A DNA stretch of 64,000 nt. Source: Lama guanicoe. Taxonomy: Eukaryota. How positions within the stretch are numbered: position 1 is the first letter of the stretch; every line of letters starts with the position of its first letter. Location of the stretch: contig MU054220.1 in NCBI GenBank assembly GCA_013239625.1, forward strand, positions 3,597,374-3,661,373. The letters run 5' to 3'. Under the pieces are notes generated by a model. That model made no database searches, had not been told where the DNA came from, and saw only the letters and a program-made list of their open reading frames with translations. Shown piece by piece: positions 50,839 to 64,000 of this stretch. Made by a program: the position numbers and the translations under genes.

Positions 50839-51899
50839 TTTGGAAATGACGGAGAAGCAGCCAAGGCTTCGCATCAGTGGGGAACTATTGCTACCCCTAG
50901 GCCTGAAAGGGCAAGGGTGGGGGAGAAATGAAAACTGACCTCTCCTTCTGGTGCCTCCCATGGGCTACAGCCCAGCCAGAAACAGAGGCACAGAGCAGGG
51001 CAGGGAAGGGATGGGGGTGGGGAGACAGAGAATTAATAGCACCGGACTCGAGTTCGTTTTTGCTCTGACCATCCCGGCATTTGAGGCCTGGACTTCTGAA
51101 GAGGGCCCCGGGGCCGGGGGGCTGCCTGCCTCTGTCCCACCACCACCTGCTCCAGGAAAAGCAGAGCCCTCCCACACTATCCCAGTGCGCAGGGTGGAGA
51201 GTCTGTTCTCTCCCAGCCACGCTGTCAGGATCTGGGGCAAAAGAGCTGCTGGGGAAATTCAAAGCCAAACTGCCAGCAGGCTCTTCAAAGCCCTTCTTTG
51301 CAACAAAGGACTGAGCGGAGGTAGGAGGAAAAAGACACTGGCAGCAGGGCGCTGGCTCCGCAGCCGCCGTGGTAGCCCAAGAAAGGTGAGCCATCCGAGG
51401 AGGCAATTAGAACCATGCAGGCTCTCTGATCTGCCGTAGAACCCCTCACAGGCCTGGAAACAAATCCCTCCAGCTGGAGGCTGACCAGTGAGGGGTGGGG
51501 AGCCCAGGACTGGGATCCAGCCTAGCTATGTCCTTGACTTGCTGTGTGCCCTTGAACACAGTGTAGTCATCCCCTGTGCACCTCAGTTTGCTCATCTGTC
51601 AAATGGGGATAATAGGACCTGGTGACTTAGCTCACATTCTCCAGAAGCAAAGATTTAGACAAGGATTCTTGCACAGGTGATTTACTGGGGGGAACCTGGA
51701 GGGGAGTGAGGAAGCAGGACAGGCTGGGGAATAATCCTGGCAAAGCTGCGGGTTCCGCTGAAGTCTGGCCTCAGTCTGATCCCACAGAAATGTGAGGAGC
51801 ACCACGGAGCTGTTCCCATTGAGACAAAGGCAGGGTTTTCATACCCATCTTGGGGGAGACCCATGCCCCATCCTTCCCCGACTACAGTAGACTGAAAAG

Positions 51900-52148
51900 A
51901 GGGTCAGAGTCAGTCGTGGGAGAGGTGGCAATGGGAGCAAGAGGCTGGCGTGATGTGAGAAAGAGGCCAGGAAACAAAGGCAGCTTCTAGAAGCTGGAAA
52001 AGGCAAGGAAATGGATTCTTCCAAAAGGCTTTCAGAAGGAGCTCAGCCCCATGACACCCTGATTTTTGATTTCTAACCTGCAGAACTGTATGGTTTCACG
52101 CCCCTAAGTGAGTGGTGATTTGCTAGAGCGGCCATAGGAAACTAACAC
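51900..52148 (+). mobile_element. MLT1 LTR 3' fragment
   Basis: ctagaagctggaaaaggcaaggaaatggattct..gacaccctgattttt..cagaactgt..gtggtgatttgctagagcggccataggaaactaacaca. Confidence 0.8.
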
Positions 52149-55100
52149 ACCCGTCAAGGCACAGCGGCCACACGGCTTGCCCCAGGCTCCGGGGTCCTGG
52201 TCCCAGGTCTGTGCAAGAGATGTCGCTGTTCCCACTTAATGAGCACTTTCCACGTGTCACATGGGTGACCCCGATCCCCTGGATCCTCTTGTCAATTTCA
52301 AGTGCCCCCACCCAACCCCTGGCTTCCATGCGCTTTGGCCTCTAAAAGCCCTCATGCCTGGAGCTGCTTTGACCTCAGTGCAGAGAGGAGTGACCCTCAG
52401 CCAGTGACTGATGACACTGCCTTGAGTCTGGCCACTTCCGAGGAGGGATCTACACAGGAGAGCACCCCGGCACTGCACCTTGGCTCTACCCACCCCCGGC
52501 CCTGCCCCCCACTCCCTCCTCCCTCCTGTTCCCTCAGGTCCCCTGGAGCATGGCCCTAATGGACTCATAACACAGGGACCCCCCACCCCAGGCTCTGTTT
52601 CTGAGGGGCCCTGGCCCAGAAGCCATCTCTATATGGTTGTCACAATTACACCCCGAGTTGGGGAGGATGATGATTCTCACTTTATGGACAAGGAGACTGA
52701 GGCTCTGTCCAGCCATGACCACAGAGGTTAAGCCAGAATCTGAATCCAGACCCAGGAGACAGTGCTTCAGCCCATGGACTCGACCGCCTCCCCTTCCCCT
52801 GGGGTCCTCTCTAGCCCTTAGGAACAATCATCTACATTTCCTGGGGGCGAAGTTGGGAGCAAAGAGCTGGGCTCTGTAGAAGAGGGATGCCTGTGGGTCC
52901 CTGCCCATCCCACCCTTCTGGCCCCAGCCTGGGTCCCCGCAGTGGGACAGAGTGGGAGGGGAAGGTCTAGAAAAACTGTTAGACCCTGGAACTTGGTGTC
53001 AAAGCCATGGCTCCATGAAGCCATCAATTGTTGAATGTCACACAGGCTTCCTATAGGTTCTTGGACCAAATCCTGGCAGATGATTTATCCCTCTCCTCCC
53101 TCACTCTCTCCTCTGCAAGAGGAGGATAATAATCCTGTGCCCAGGATGAAAGGAGTAACAGATGGGAACATGGCTAGGACAGAGCCTGGCACAGTGGGGG
53201 CTCCTTCCCTGCTCAGCTAATCTTGCTGAGCCTCAGTTTCTTCCTTTGTGAAATGGGGATGATAATATCTGCAGCTCAGTCATGCAGCAGAGATACTCAG
53301 CACCCTGAGAGCCTGCCACGGGGGTTCAGGAGTACAGCCTCGGAAGTCCCATTCCTGGGTGTCTTTGGCCTAGTCACTTAACCTCTCTGTTTCCTCCTCT
53401 GGTTAGTGGGAACCGTGTGACTGAATACAGATGAGATGCTCAGAAGGGCACCCAGCTCATAGTAAGGGCCCTTGTATCCAGGGGGCTTGGCTGGCACCTA
53501 GTACATTATAAGCGCTCAGTAAACAATGGCCATCTTGTTATCGGAGCTCCCAGGCCCCTGCAGTGAAGGTCACCTCCCCACACCTCCACAGACCTCTGGC
53601 TTCAGCCTCCAAGGCCCAGGGCCACAGCAGGCTGATGGCTGTGCTCAGGTCAGCTGGATGGAGCTGATTTTGTGAGACTCATAGACCATCCTTTTCCCTC
53701 AACCTCCTAGGGGCCTCTTCACGCCTCCAGCTCTCACCTCAAACACATCCCTTCCACCCTCTTCTCTCTCGACCCAAGGGCCCATCCTTCACCCAGCTTG
53801 CTCCCCACCCTCCAGCTAATCCGTGGGGACTCACAGGGACCCGGGGCCAGTGCTGTGATGCCAGCATAGGCGCACCAGCCTTCCCAGAGGCACCTACCTT
53901 CCCAGAGCTCCTGCGGGCACGGGGCCTGCCATCTCTGCAAGTTTGCCAACCCCTGGGACCCTCAGGGATGCTGCCTCTTCTCCCCCCCCCCCAAAAAAAA
54001 AACAGGCTAACGTGGCAGCGCAGTCCCGGAGGCAAGAAGTTCCCTGTGAGGGCCTGTGGACACCCCGTCCTGCTCCCGTGACTCCTTGTGTTTGTGTTGG
54101 TGCATTCCTGCCCACATGGGAAAAAGCAGCTTCTGGCATCTCAGTCTGACACGCCTGGAACTGAAAACAGCCACTGTGGGGCTTTTTTCTTTCCTTTTCC
54201 CGGATTAACAGGTGTGGAGGGCAGGGCTCATCTTCCACCCTTCTTGGGGCTCAAATGCCTGGGACAGACAAGGCAGCCCAGAATTGGACCAGCTGCCAAG
54301 AGTAGGAGTTCCCTTCAGCCCTCTGACCCCTCAGCAGCAAGCTGGCCTTACCCTCCCTCCCCTCCGGCAATTCAGTGGCCGGGCCAGAAGCCCCTCATGG
54401 CCTCCTGTCGCACCCAGGAACTCAGCTGGGCACGGGGCCAACCTGAGGCGACCAATCCATCTTCCAGGCAAAACCAAAACCAGGCAGGGGAGGATTTGGG
54501 TCTGAATCAGAACCACTTCCTTTGTTAAAAGAAACCAACCTAGAAAACAAGCAAAGAATGAAAACCTCCAAACACGCCTGCATGGAGCTCTGCCAAGCAT
54601 GGGAGGTCGTAGGAGTTTGAGCGACATCGACCCTGGCGATGGTCCCAGCTCTGGGTGGTGTCCAGGCTCAGGGATGAAGTCATGCATTCCCACCCCGGGA
54701 CTGTCATACCGAGTGGGAAAGAGGCTGAGGGGGCTCCAGGGGCGTGGGTACACAGACACAAAGTGGGGTCTGGTGAAGAGGCCAAGGCTGCTGCTGAGAG
54801 CAGCGCATTCCACTGCACATGTCCTGCCCACCCCGACCCCCCGGCCCAACATGACCCTACTCTTCCATTGTTGTTTCTGCTGGTCCTGCCTCTAACACGT
54901 AGGACCTTCTCTTTCCTTTCCTCCGGTTCTCCTGGAAGCAGCCCCAGCATCACTGGCTTCAATCTCCTCTCTCCTAGACCATGTCCCCCCACCAGACACC
55001 CGCTGCTCACCTCCTCACGCACTCTGCATCCCCTTGTATCACCTCCTGTTACTCGCATGTCCCCTTTGGCCCTGTGACTGTCACCACCATCACCCTCATC

Positions 55101-58100
55101 CCCACCAACCAAGAAACCCAGCTGGAGAATCCCAGAAGGGAACTCCAGTGACTACAGATTTCTCAGCCTGGTTTCAAATCGAAAGAAGCTCAGTTTCATC
55201 ACGGACTAAAATGCTCAGGAGTTTTTAAGATTAAACACAAGACTTCAAAGGCATTTACTCCTAATGGGATTAAATGAGATAACTTGTGAAGCTTGGCTGG
55301 CTTTCTGCATGAACAGAGGATGCTTTGGACCGAGCCCTCAGACCACTGCTACCTGAGTCCTTGTGCCCCTTTGCTGTCAGGGCACTTTGGAGAGGAAGTT
55401 TGCAAAGCTTCATGGTGTGTAATGCAGGGGACGCAGGAGCCATGGAGCAGTCATGTGGCACCGTGTGTAAAGGGGTTTGTGTGCATGAGTGGGACCTAGA
55501 GGTGAGGCGAGCAGCGGGGTGCGCTGTGGGAGCAATCTGACCACGCCCAACTGAATCTCATCACTCCCTTGAGGTCCTACTCAGCTACTGTCTACCTGCC
55601 ACCACCATGCTGGCCTCAGGAGGTCTCTGTGCTCAGCACAGTCCCTGTTGGCTTGCCCTGAGCCCCCTTCCCGTAGTTCCCCTCAACTGAGCCAAGACCA
55701 GCTGTCATTTCCAATATCATTTTGCAGGAAGAACAAGATGAAAACCCGATTCTGTTTCTGCTGGCTGAACGCCCTCTAGTTATTTCTTAAGGCCTAGTTT
55801 CTGGTTCCCAGGGACCCCAAGGAATCAGCAAAGACACCTACAGGCCTCCAGTTCTCCACCCTAAGTTAACCACAAAGGCACATCAAGTACCCATCCTGGG
55901 CATGCACGTGTTCTTCTGGACACTCTCTACTGAGAGGGGTCAACCATGGTCCACGGGCATCAGGCAGGGGGAAGGCGACTTTCATGTACTAAATTCCTAC
56001 CCTACCCAGCACTGTGCCAGCAGCTTCATGGTAACTCGCTCATTCCCCATAATAACCTCGTGATCCAAGGCCCAGATAAAGCACGGTCCTTGTCTAAGGG
56101 CACAGAGTTGGAAAGAACTCCCACCATGGAACATCCTCTGTGCCAGGTGGAAAGCTAATCCAGGTCATATACGTGCTAGCACTGGACCCTCCCAAACCAG
56201 CAGTGAAAGGTTAGGTGCTATTATTGTCCCCATTTTACAGATGAGGAAACCAAAGCTCAGGGCGGGGAAGTGATCTGCCCCAGATCCCCCAGCTGACTGG
56301 ATGTGGCTCTGGGACCACAGTCAGGGAGCCACTTCCCTTTAGCCTCCCAGGCTTCCTGAGGAGGAAACGGGCAAAACTAGCAGCTCCTAACATTCTGAGG
56401 GCTTCCTGTGACGACAGTCATTTCAAGGATTTACAAGGGCTCAAGCTCAGCTAGACAATAAGTGGGGGAGCTTGGCGGTGTGGCTCGGCGCCCAGCTTTT
56501 CTGAGGGACTAGTGGAGACATGGCCCCTTCTGCGACTCAGCTGGAGCAGGAACTTTGGATGCTGGGTCCTGGTAAGTGTCTGCAGTCCTCCCAACCCTCC
56601 CCCATCCCCCAGCCCCTGAGGTCCTCCTGCCCCTGCGTGGGCCGCCTCCTGGGTCTCCAGGCAGCCCTCTCTCCATTCAGAGTCCCCACGGACTCACCCT
56701 TTCTAGCCCCCTAGCAGGATCTCTGCTGTCCCCTCCAGAGCAGGGTGGCCTGGCAGGGTAGGACCAGCAGGAATTCCAGTGCCAGGACCCCCAGGCTTCA
56801 ATCCCAGGCCTGCCACACACGTACCTGTGTGACCTCAGGTACGTTAACTCACCTCTCTGAGTCTGTTTACCCCCAAGATGCAATTAAAAACAGTACTCTA
56901 CCTGAAGAGATGATGTGAAGCTTTCTTCACCTCCGCCCCTTCTTTTCTTTTTCATTTTCAGTGAACACTATTTATATAGCACTTACTTTGCACCAGGCAC
57001 GGTTGTAAGCATTTGTATTCATAATTTAATCTTCATTACAACCCTATGAGGGAGGCACTGTCACTATCTAATTTCACAGATGAGGACTCTGAGGTACAAA
57101 GAGCTTAAGTAACTTGCCCAAGATCACACAGTCTTTTGAAAAATAATATAATTGACACATAACATTATATTACACACAGATGAAATTTGAAGAGGCAGGG
57201 GAAGGACTCAGACTCAGGCAGGCTGGCCCTGAGTTCAGTTTTTGAACTTCCTCCTCCATCCTGAGATAATATGAATAAACCATTTAGTATAAAACTCAAC
57301 CAAAGGGAGAAGCTTAATAAATAGTAGCTGTGGTGGCTGTGTGACCTTGGGCAGGAGACTTTACTTCTGTGAGTCTCTATTTTTTTCATTCCTAAAATGG
57401 GGCTAGTGATGCTTCTCTGACAGGCTTGTGGCAAGAATTCAGTAGAGTAATGGGTGTGGACTGTCATCACAGATCCTAACACAGAGCCACCCTTGGTGGC
57501 TCTCCTCTGTAGAAGGGACCGGGCGAGAGGGCTCCGGGCTGACTTTAGTTAGACACATCCACCAAGCCGGCAAGAACAAGGTTTAGAAAACCCACCAGCT
57601 CTGGTGAAGCAACAGGTGACAGAGCATAGTGCCTCTGGGGCAGGAGATGGCATCTGGGGATCCAGGCAGGGGAATCGGGGAGAAGGATGTGAACACTTAC
57701 GGGGCCATCTAAGCCTCACAACCGCCTTGAGAAAACGAATCTGAGAGGGAACTTGACAAGGCCACACTTCTAGAAAGGGGTGGTGATGAGCTTGGCATCC
57801 AGGACAACTTTTTGGTTTCTCTCTAGCCTTCAGCAGGATGTAGGGCCCGTCCCAGCTACAGAGTCAAGATCGAGGTCAGGAGTACCTGTTTTCTCCCAGG
57901 GTCCAGTGCAAGAAAGGGGAGATCTCGAAGAAGCATCCTGAACAAGCAGGTGCTGCAGCTGGGCCCTGGGCTGGGGGGGAGGAGGAGCCCGGCTAGGACA
58001 GGGCACGGGCAGGTGGGTGAGGTGAGCAGGAGCAAGCATGGCTTGGCCCAGGGAAGGGGCAGGGCTGGGCACTCCCCTGCCTCTGCCTATCCCCCCAGAA

Positions 58101-58430
58101 GACTTTCCCCAAGCACCACCCAGGGACCCAGCTAGAGGGTGATGAGAGCTCTTTCCAGAGAAGCTGTCTGTGTCCTCAGAGGCAGGAAAGCCACTTCCTG
58201 TGGCCCCAACTGTGCCCTGGGAGAAACCCGTCCCCAGCCCAGCAGCCTCTTCCTCCCTGTAAACCAGATGAGGCCTGGGATGGATTCACCCAGAGCCATT
58301 ACCCTAGGAGGGCAGAATCATTTTTTTCTGGAGAGCCTCTTCACAGTTTTTGCACTTCCCTTGGTGATAATGACAGCCCAGTATGAGTCTAGTGGCCCCA
58401 GAGGTCACAGCAGTGAGGTCTGACCTCATT

Positions 58431-58788
58431 GTTGCCATGGGGACGCTCAGGATGCCACTGTCGCCTGCCAGCGGCACCTTTCCACCAGGGCGAGCGGGCG
58501 GGGACAGTGGCTGATGTTGACTATGTCACTCTGCTGCTGGCTGCTGGGATTGTTTGCCCCCAAACATATGTTGTCAGATCTCAACTGAGCAGGGTGGGCC
58601 AAGGGACGTGTTGGGGGCCTGCTGGCTCCATTGTGCACATCTATGTGTTGGGGCAAGAGGGGGAGGTGTTTATGAGACCCCTCAGGGTGCCTCATTTTCC
58701 TCTCCGCCTGGGCCCAGCTGGGATGCTGATTGCTGTGCCCCTCATGGACCCAGACTGACATTCTCAGCAACCTGGTCTCCATAGCAAC
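58431..58788. promoter_or_regulatory. Candidate RFX-bound element with two X-boxes
   Basis: GTTGCCATGGGGAC (58431-58444; reverse complement GTCCCCATGGCAAC) and GTCTCCATAGCAAC (58775-58788) both fit GTHNYY-AT-RRNAAC and lie in apparently repeat-free sequence. Confidence 0.5.
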
Positions 58789-59338
58789 CAGCTGTGACAT
58801 CACAAGGAATCTACCGACACTTTAGCTGGAGTGGAGGAAGCAAGAATGCACGTTCAGGGGAAGAAAGAGCATCTCCTTCCCCTCCTGCTGCCCCTCCTGT
58901 GACAGGGGAAGTGGGCTTAGAAACATGGAAAGGGCAAGGGGCCCAGCTTGCAAATACCAGGTTTTTCTGTGAGTTGCAAACTGAGGCTTCTCTGGAGGTT
59001 TGAGTGAACTCTAAATGAAGCCACTCCCTCTTTTCCTCCCTGCTCTCTCCATGCCTTAGAAATTACATCTCAGTTTCCTTAACTGCAAAACGAGGATAAT
59101 AGAAATCACTCTTTATTAAGGGCTTATTATGAGCCGGGCAATGTTTTTAAGCACCTCGTGTGCCTTTTCTCATTAACCTCATTACAACCCAGTCAAGTAT
59201 TTTCCTCTCAGTACTGCCCCACTTATAAGCAGAGGGAAACAGAGCACAGCTAAAGAATCTGAACCCAGACAGTCTGGCTTGAGGGTCCACATTCACAGCC
59301 TCCCAGGCACTCAGTGGCACCTCTATTTTCAGCCACGC

Positions 59339-60350
59339 TGTGGCAAACAGTTCTACTTGGGCATCAATTCACTTTGCACTGACAGCATCTCGCCTCATGT
59401 GAGCAGGAGGTATGTTTCTTTTTCTGCCCTAGGGCTTGTGCAGTGCCCAACATGGGCTGCTGGCAGGAGTCCACTCAGCATGAGGACGTGTGGAGGGAAG
59501 TTGGCTTCCACTGCGCCCGCCTCAACCCGCGGGGTACAGGAGCTGATGGATGAATGCTTCTGCCAGCCTACCATCTGGCTGTCAAGTTCCAGGGTCCTTC
59601 TAATCCACTGCTTTTGGAAGGTCCCAGCAGCGCTGAGCCCCAGTCATCCACAGCAGTGACCCAGTGATGCACTGGTAGCTTGGCTTTTTGACTTTTCTTT
59701 TTTCAGTTGTATGGGTCCCCCATTTCTGCTCCCTGGGATCACCTCCAAAATAAACTTCCTGTACACATGTCTTTACATTCTGTCCTGTTCTGAGGGGACC
59801 CTACGCTAAGACAGTTGGCACTAGAGTGGCCCTGAGAGCAAGAGCACAGGTGGCATTCTGGAAGTGGATCACTCGGTGAGATGTAGTGAGGATCCCATTG
59901 CCATACTGAGCATCATAGGTATTAAGACTGTCACCTGTGGTGGGCTGGGATGACGCAGGGGTGCAAGGTGAAATCTGAGGTTACGGGAAAGCCCTAGCAT
60001 TTAAATGATACAGGCGATGGCAATTATAAGGACTGTGGGCTTGGCTGGCTCCTGTTAACTGCTTCGGAAGCCTTAAAGAAAGAGGCTCAGGTCAATCAAG
60101 TACCAACTTGTGACATTTGTGAAGGCTTGAACCCCCCCCATGGTGCCGTGTAAAGGCTCTCTTCCCCTGCAGCCAAAGGGCACCTTGTACTGAAGATGAG
60201 GTTTAGGGCGGAATTGGAGGGGTGGCAGGGCTGCAAATGAGACTCATGTACAGTCTAGACAGATCTCCGAAGCAAAGTCAGAGCCCTACTTGGGAGAGAG
60301 AGGAACCCTGAGACCTGAGATGGGGACCCTTGGGTAGATGCTCAGGCAGA
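59339..60350 (+). mobile_element. Ancient ERVL: LTR16-like 5' LTR (59339-59813) plus start of the internal region
   Basis: LTR ends gggatcacctccaaaataaac..ggggaccctacgctaagaca (AATAAA at 59749-59754), followed directly by PBS-like gttggcactag and ERVL internal-like gtggcattctggaagtggatcactc. Confidence 0.7.
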
Positions 60351-61972
60351 ACACCAGGCCCCGCAGCCCAGCTCATTACAGATGAGCTTGGGATTAACTG
60401 AATCTTGAGCAGAAACACAGCCTGGGCAAGTGGGGGCTAGAACTGGGCCTAGGGCTCAGCTGGACCTGAGTTCGAATCCCACGTGGGGCCCAGGCAGAAA
60501 GCTGCCGCGTCAATTGCATCACTCTTTGGGACTCTTAGGGAAGCTTGTGGATCCATAAAAAAGTATCAGTACCCAGGCAGGTATTTACTATAGATATCAG
60601 ACTGCAGCCATAAATAGCTCTTGTCTCTCTTTTCAAAGCACTCTCAGTCCAGTGGGGAACACAGACTCGTATAAAAAAAATAAAAACAGTAGCAAATGGG
60701 CTTCTTCGAAATTTCACTGAATGCCAGGCTTTGTGCTGAGCTCTTCAGGTATGTGGTATTATAAGGGCCTTACAACAACCCAGCGGGGAGATTTCCACCC
60801 GCATTTCACAAATGGAAACAGGTAGTAGGGCTGGGATTCGACCCCAACTTACCTCACTCTGAAGCACGTGCTCTGCCCTTGTCTGCAGTCTGCTTGCTTT
60901 GGGAATGTGACAGCCACAGCAGAAAGAGGTCTAGGATGCAGAGAAGACCACGTTGGTCTGATGGGAAGGTCTGGGAAGACTTCCCAGAGGGTGACAAGGC
61001 AGCCCGCATCTCTGAAGAGCTGAATAACTGGGAACCATGCTTAGGTTATCATTAGGCGTCTGTAGCAAGGGCTCTGTCTTGGGATCAAGTTTGCAGAAAT
61101 GGTTCAAAACAGCACATATCAAAGCAAGTATGAGCTCTAGCCACTGCCCCATGCTCAGGCGGTTAGAGGGCCGTCCTTGGCCTCGGCAGCTCCCTGGGTT
61201 ACAGAGCCTCAGTTCTGCACTCCTCCCCCAGAACCCGAGGAGACCAAACGCTCCCATTCCCAGATCTTCTCTCCCAGGCTTTCTGATGAACGAGCCCTGG
61301 AGACGGGGACTCCCCCATTGGGTGTCTTCTGGCCTGGATGGACGTAGGGCTGTACTGGTTGGGCTCCAGAGTTATGAGTCAGAGAAACCAACTCAAGCTG
61401 GATTCAGCACGAAGTGGGGACTTCTTAATGAGGCCCAAGTGCTGTCTTCCAGGCTGGGCTGGCAGGAGGGGCTGGGCCTGGGGAGGCCAGAGCCGGGACA
61501 GGAGCCGTGGGGACCGTTTCTCCCGCCTCGTCTCAGTTCCTCTCTGCCAGCTGGCTTTGTTCCTCTCCCTCTTTGCCAAGCAGCAGTCTCCATTCCTCAG
61601 AGGCCATGGCTGCCCCAACTGGGGCCACTCTTCTGGCTCTGACCCAGCCACGTAGAGACACCAACCAGCCATGTCCTCACCTCGCCTTCCCTTCCCAAAC
61701 CCTGATGTTCTGTTCGAGAAAGGGAACTGATTGGCCCAGATTAGGTCACGGGTCCAACTTAAGTCCAATTACCCCTCGCTAGGGTGGGGTCGTGCAGGAG
61801 AATCCCACAGCCTCCCTTGGGGATGGGGAGGGAGAAGTTGCCATAGACTGGGGGGCTTTCCACTCCTAGGCTGTGCAGACCCTCCGCAGGAGTGGCCGTG
61901 GCCAGGAACCTACCTCCAAATCCACCTCTCCCCATCCCCACCCTGGCCAACAGCCCACAAAGAACCTTTTTT

Positions 61973-62409
61973 CAATTGGCCTTGACAGTAGAGTTGATTT
62001 ACAATGTTGTGTTCATTTGGGGGTACAGCAAGATGATTCAGTTATACACACTACGTATCACTTCTTTTTCGGATTCTTTTCCATGATAGGTTATTACAAG
62101 ATACTGAATATAGTTCTCTGTGCTATACAGCAGGACCCTGTTTATCTACTTTATATACAGTAGTTTGTCTCTGCTAATCCCAAATTCCTAATTTATCCCT
62201 CCCCCAACCCGTGCTTTCCCTTTAACCATAAATTTGTTTTCTATGTCTGTGAGTCTATTTCTGTTTGGTAAATAAATTCATTTGTAGCATTTTTTTAGAG
62301 TCCACATATAAGCCACATCATATGATATTTGTCTTTCTCTGTCTGACTTAATTACTTAGTATGATAATCTCTAGGTCTACCCACGTTGCTGCAAATGGCA
62401 TTATTTCAT
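61973..62409 (-). mobile_element. 5'-truncated lineage-specific L1 3' end
   Basis: gtagagttgatttacaatgttgtg..ctgtgctatacagcaggacc..cacgttgctgcaaatggcattatttcat. Perfect 14-bp TSD AAAGAACCTTTTTT at 61959-61972 and 62410-62423. Confidence 0.92.
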
Positions 62410-62514
62410 AAAGAACCTTTTTTAAAATGTTCCACCGGCCCAAGGTCTCAAGCAATCTGTAATTCATCAGCTAAAGCTTTATCCCATCGCTGGAATTAGT
62501 ACTTTCATCCTTAT

Positions 62515-62700
62515 CATTATTATTGCCTATCATTTATCGAGGTCCTCCTATATTCCAGGCCCTGGGCATAGCCCTTTACATGAATTACTTCATTTAACCT
62601 TCACAACAACACTATGAAGTAGATACCATTATTATCCTCACTTCACGGAGTAAGAAGCTGGGGCACAGAAAGAGGAAGAGACACGTTGGCATCAGGGTAG
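62515..62700 (-). mobile_element. MIR SINE
   Basis: tcatttaaccttcacaacaacactatgaagtagataccattattatcctcac..gaagctggggcacagaaag. One of many MIR copies not listed individually. Confidence 0.75.
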
Positions 62701-64000
62701 AGAGGCTGACCTGGGATGGGTCTGCTCCGAACGGGCGGGCTGAGCTCTGCGCTGGAGGTTGCGAGACTCAGAGCAGTGGGGTTCTGGTTAGTTAGCGAGG
62801 CCCCCACCCCAACCCCACACACCACAATGCCAGGGCCAGGACTGGCTGAGCACATGGCTGTGGCCTGCCTGGAGGAGATCACAGGAGAGAGAGTTCAAAG
62901 AGGGCCTGATCAATGAGGGAGGGGTTCCTAAAGGTTGAACTTGAGCCTCAGAGGACAAGGGAGATTTGAGCCGTGGAGAAGAGGCATTTGGGAGAGAGAG
63001 AGACCTGACTGGGGAAGGCTTGTGTGAAGACAGCTGGGGGGTGGCCCAGGCTGGCTGCAGAGCAGACTCCAGGACAGATGTTGGGGCAGGTGGGCAGGCA
63101 CCAGGTGGGCCCTACTTCCCGTTGCTCCCCTGAAACCCAGTGCAGCTGAGCATACCAGCTGCAGCTAGCATTTGTTGTATTGAGTTGACCCGAAATAGCA
63201 AGTAAATGTGACGCAGAGCAGGAGGAAGGTGTTTTAAGCTGTGGCTGAATGAGAGCGAGTCCTCACACAGTCCCTGCGTGTGCGTCTGCACGTGCAGTGT
63301 CTCTCCACGTAGATCCCCACAAGTCAGTAATGTCCATGAGGATCACTTTTCCCCTTTTTGAGATGAAGAAACCAAAGCACAGAGAGGCGGAGCAAGTTGT
63401 CCAAGGTCACACAGCAAGTGGGGATTCAAACCCAATGCTCCTTATTACAAATCCGGGGCTATTAGTAAGAGAGAGTTTCATTAAATGTGGGCACAAGTTT
63501 CCAGTATCTAAAAGACGTTATGAAAGGCTAAAACCATGACATTTAGAGACAGAGGAAAGTATTTTGGACCCACGCCTACCTGGTTTTGAATTCCGGCTTT
63601 GTCACTTCCTAAGTTACTTATCTTCTCTGTGAGGACAATGGCGGTGCCTCAAAAGGTCCTTGTGAGAATTAAAGAAGTGAATCGATGCCTGTGACGCCCT
63701 CAATAAACGTGAACTATGATTTATTACCATCACAAGTTGCTTAACATTTGCGCCTAGGTTTTCTCAGCTATGAAACGGAGGGAGTGTTCTGAAGATATCC
63801 TGAGCAGGGCAATTGGGAAGACAAAACAAGACAACACGCCCAAGTCCCGTCCCCTCCCATCGCCTGGCTTAACACACATTCCGTCGCTCCCCGACAATCT
63901 TCCCTCATGTCAGATTTACTCTGCTAGCATAAATGACACGCAGATCTAAGAAAAGCATCACTTGTGAACTTGAATGCACAGGCGTGAGCTGAGGAAGCAT

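Noticed and set aside
55764..55782. CTCF-like ACGCCCTCTAGTTA
   Set aside because: It lacks the conserved terminal TGG of the core motif, so it cannot be supported without ChIP data.
57820..57950. Acceptor-like tttctctctag followed by an open frame
   Set aside because: The donor is weak (CAG|gtgctg), the peptide is unrecognisable and no partner exons are evident.
60443..60493. tRNA-like hairpin with a perfect B-box (GAGTTCGAATCCC)
   Set aside because: It lacks an anticodon arm and the context matches a MIR head fragment, so it is not a tRNA gene.
1..64000. Prokaryotic-type systems (CRISPR arrays, operons, defence islands) or NUMTs
   Set aside because: There are no regularly spaced repeat-spacer arrays, no dense long ORFs and no mitochondrial-like sequence. 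The window is clearly mammalian non-coding DNA.

Overview
This is 64 kb of repeat-rich mammalian genomic DNA, most likely camelid (alpaca/llama/camel), because 9493-9586 closely resembles the camelid tRNA-derived vic-1 SINE. I could not recognise any protein-coding gene, structural RNA gene or processed pseudogene, and the ORF track appears to be chance ORFs. The window reads as intronic or intergenic DNA. It contains many ancient repeats (MIR, L2, L1M, MLT1, MER5/MER20/MER3/MER112/Charlie4a/MER47-type, and an ERVL LTR16-type LTR with internal sequence). Younger insertions include two complete TSD-flanked ERV1-type solo LTRs and four 5'-truncated L1 tails. The best non-repeat signals are a pair of consensus RFX X-boxes at 58.4-58.8 kb, a possible two-exon cassette at 27.46-27.83 kb, a short insertion inside a MER112 element apparently copied from 1.15 kb upstream, and several motif-dense or CpG-rich enhancer candidates. 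Repeat family names come from remembered consensus sequences, not a database search. I found no evidence for a novel biological system.
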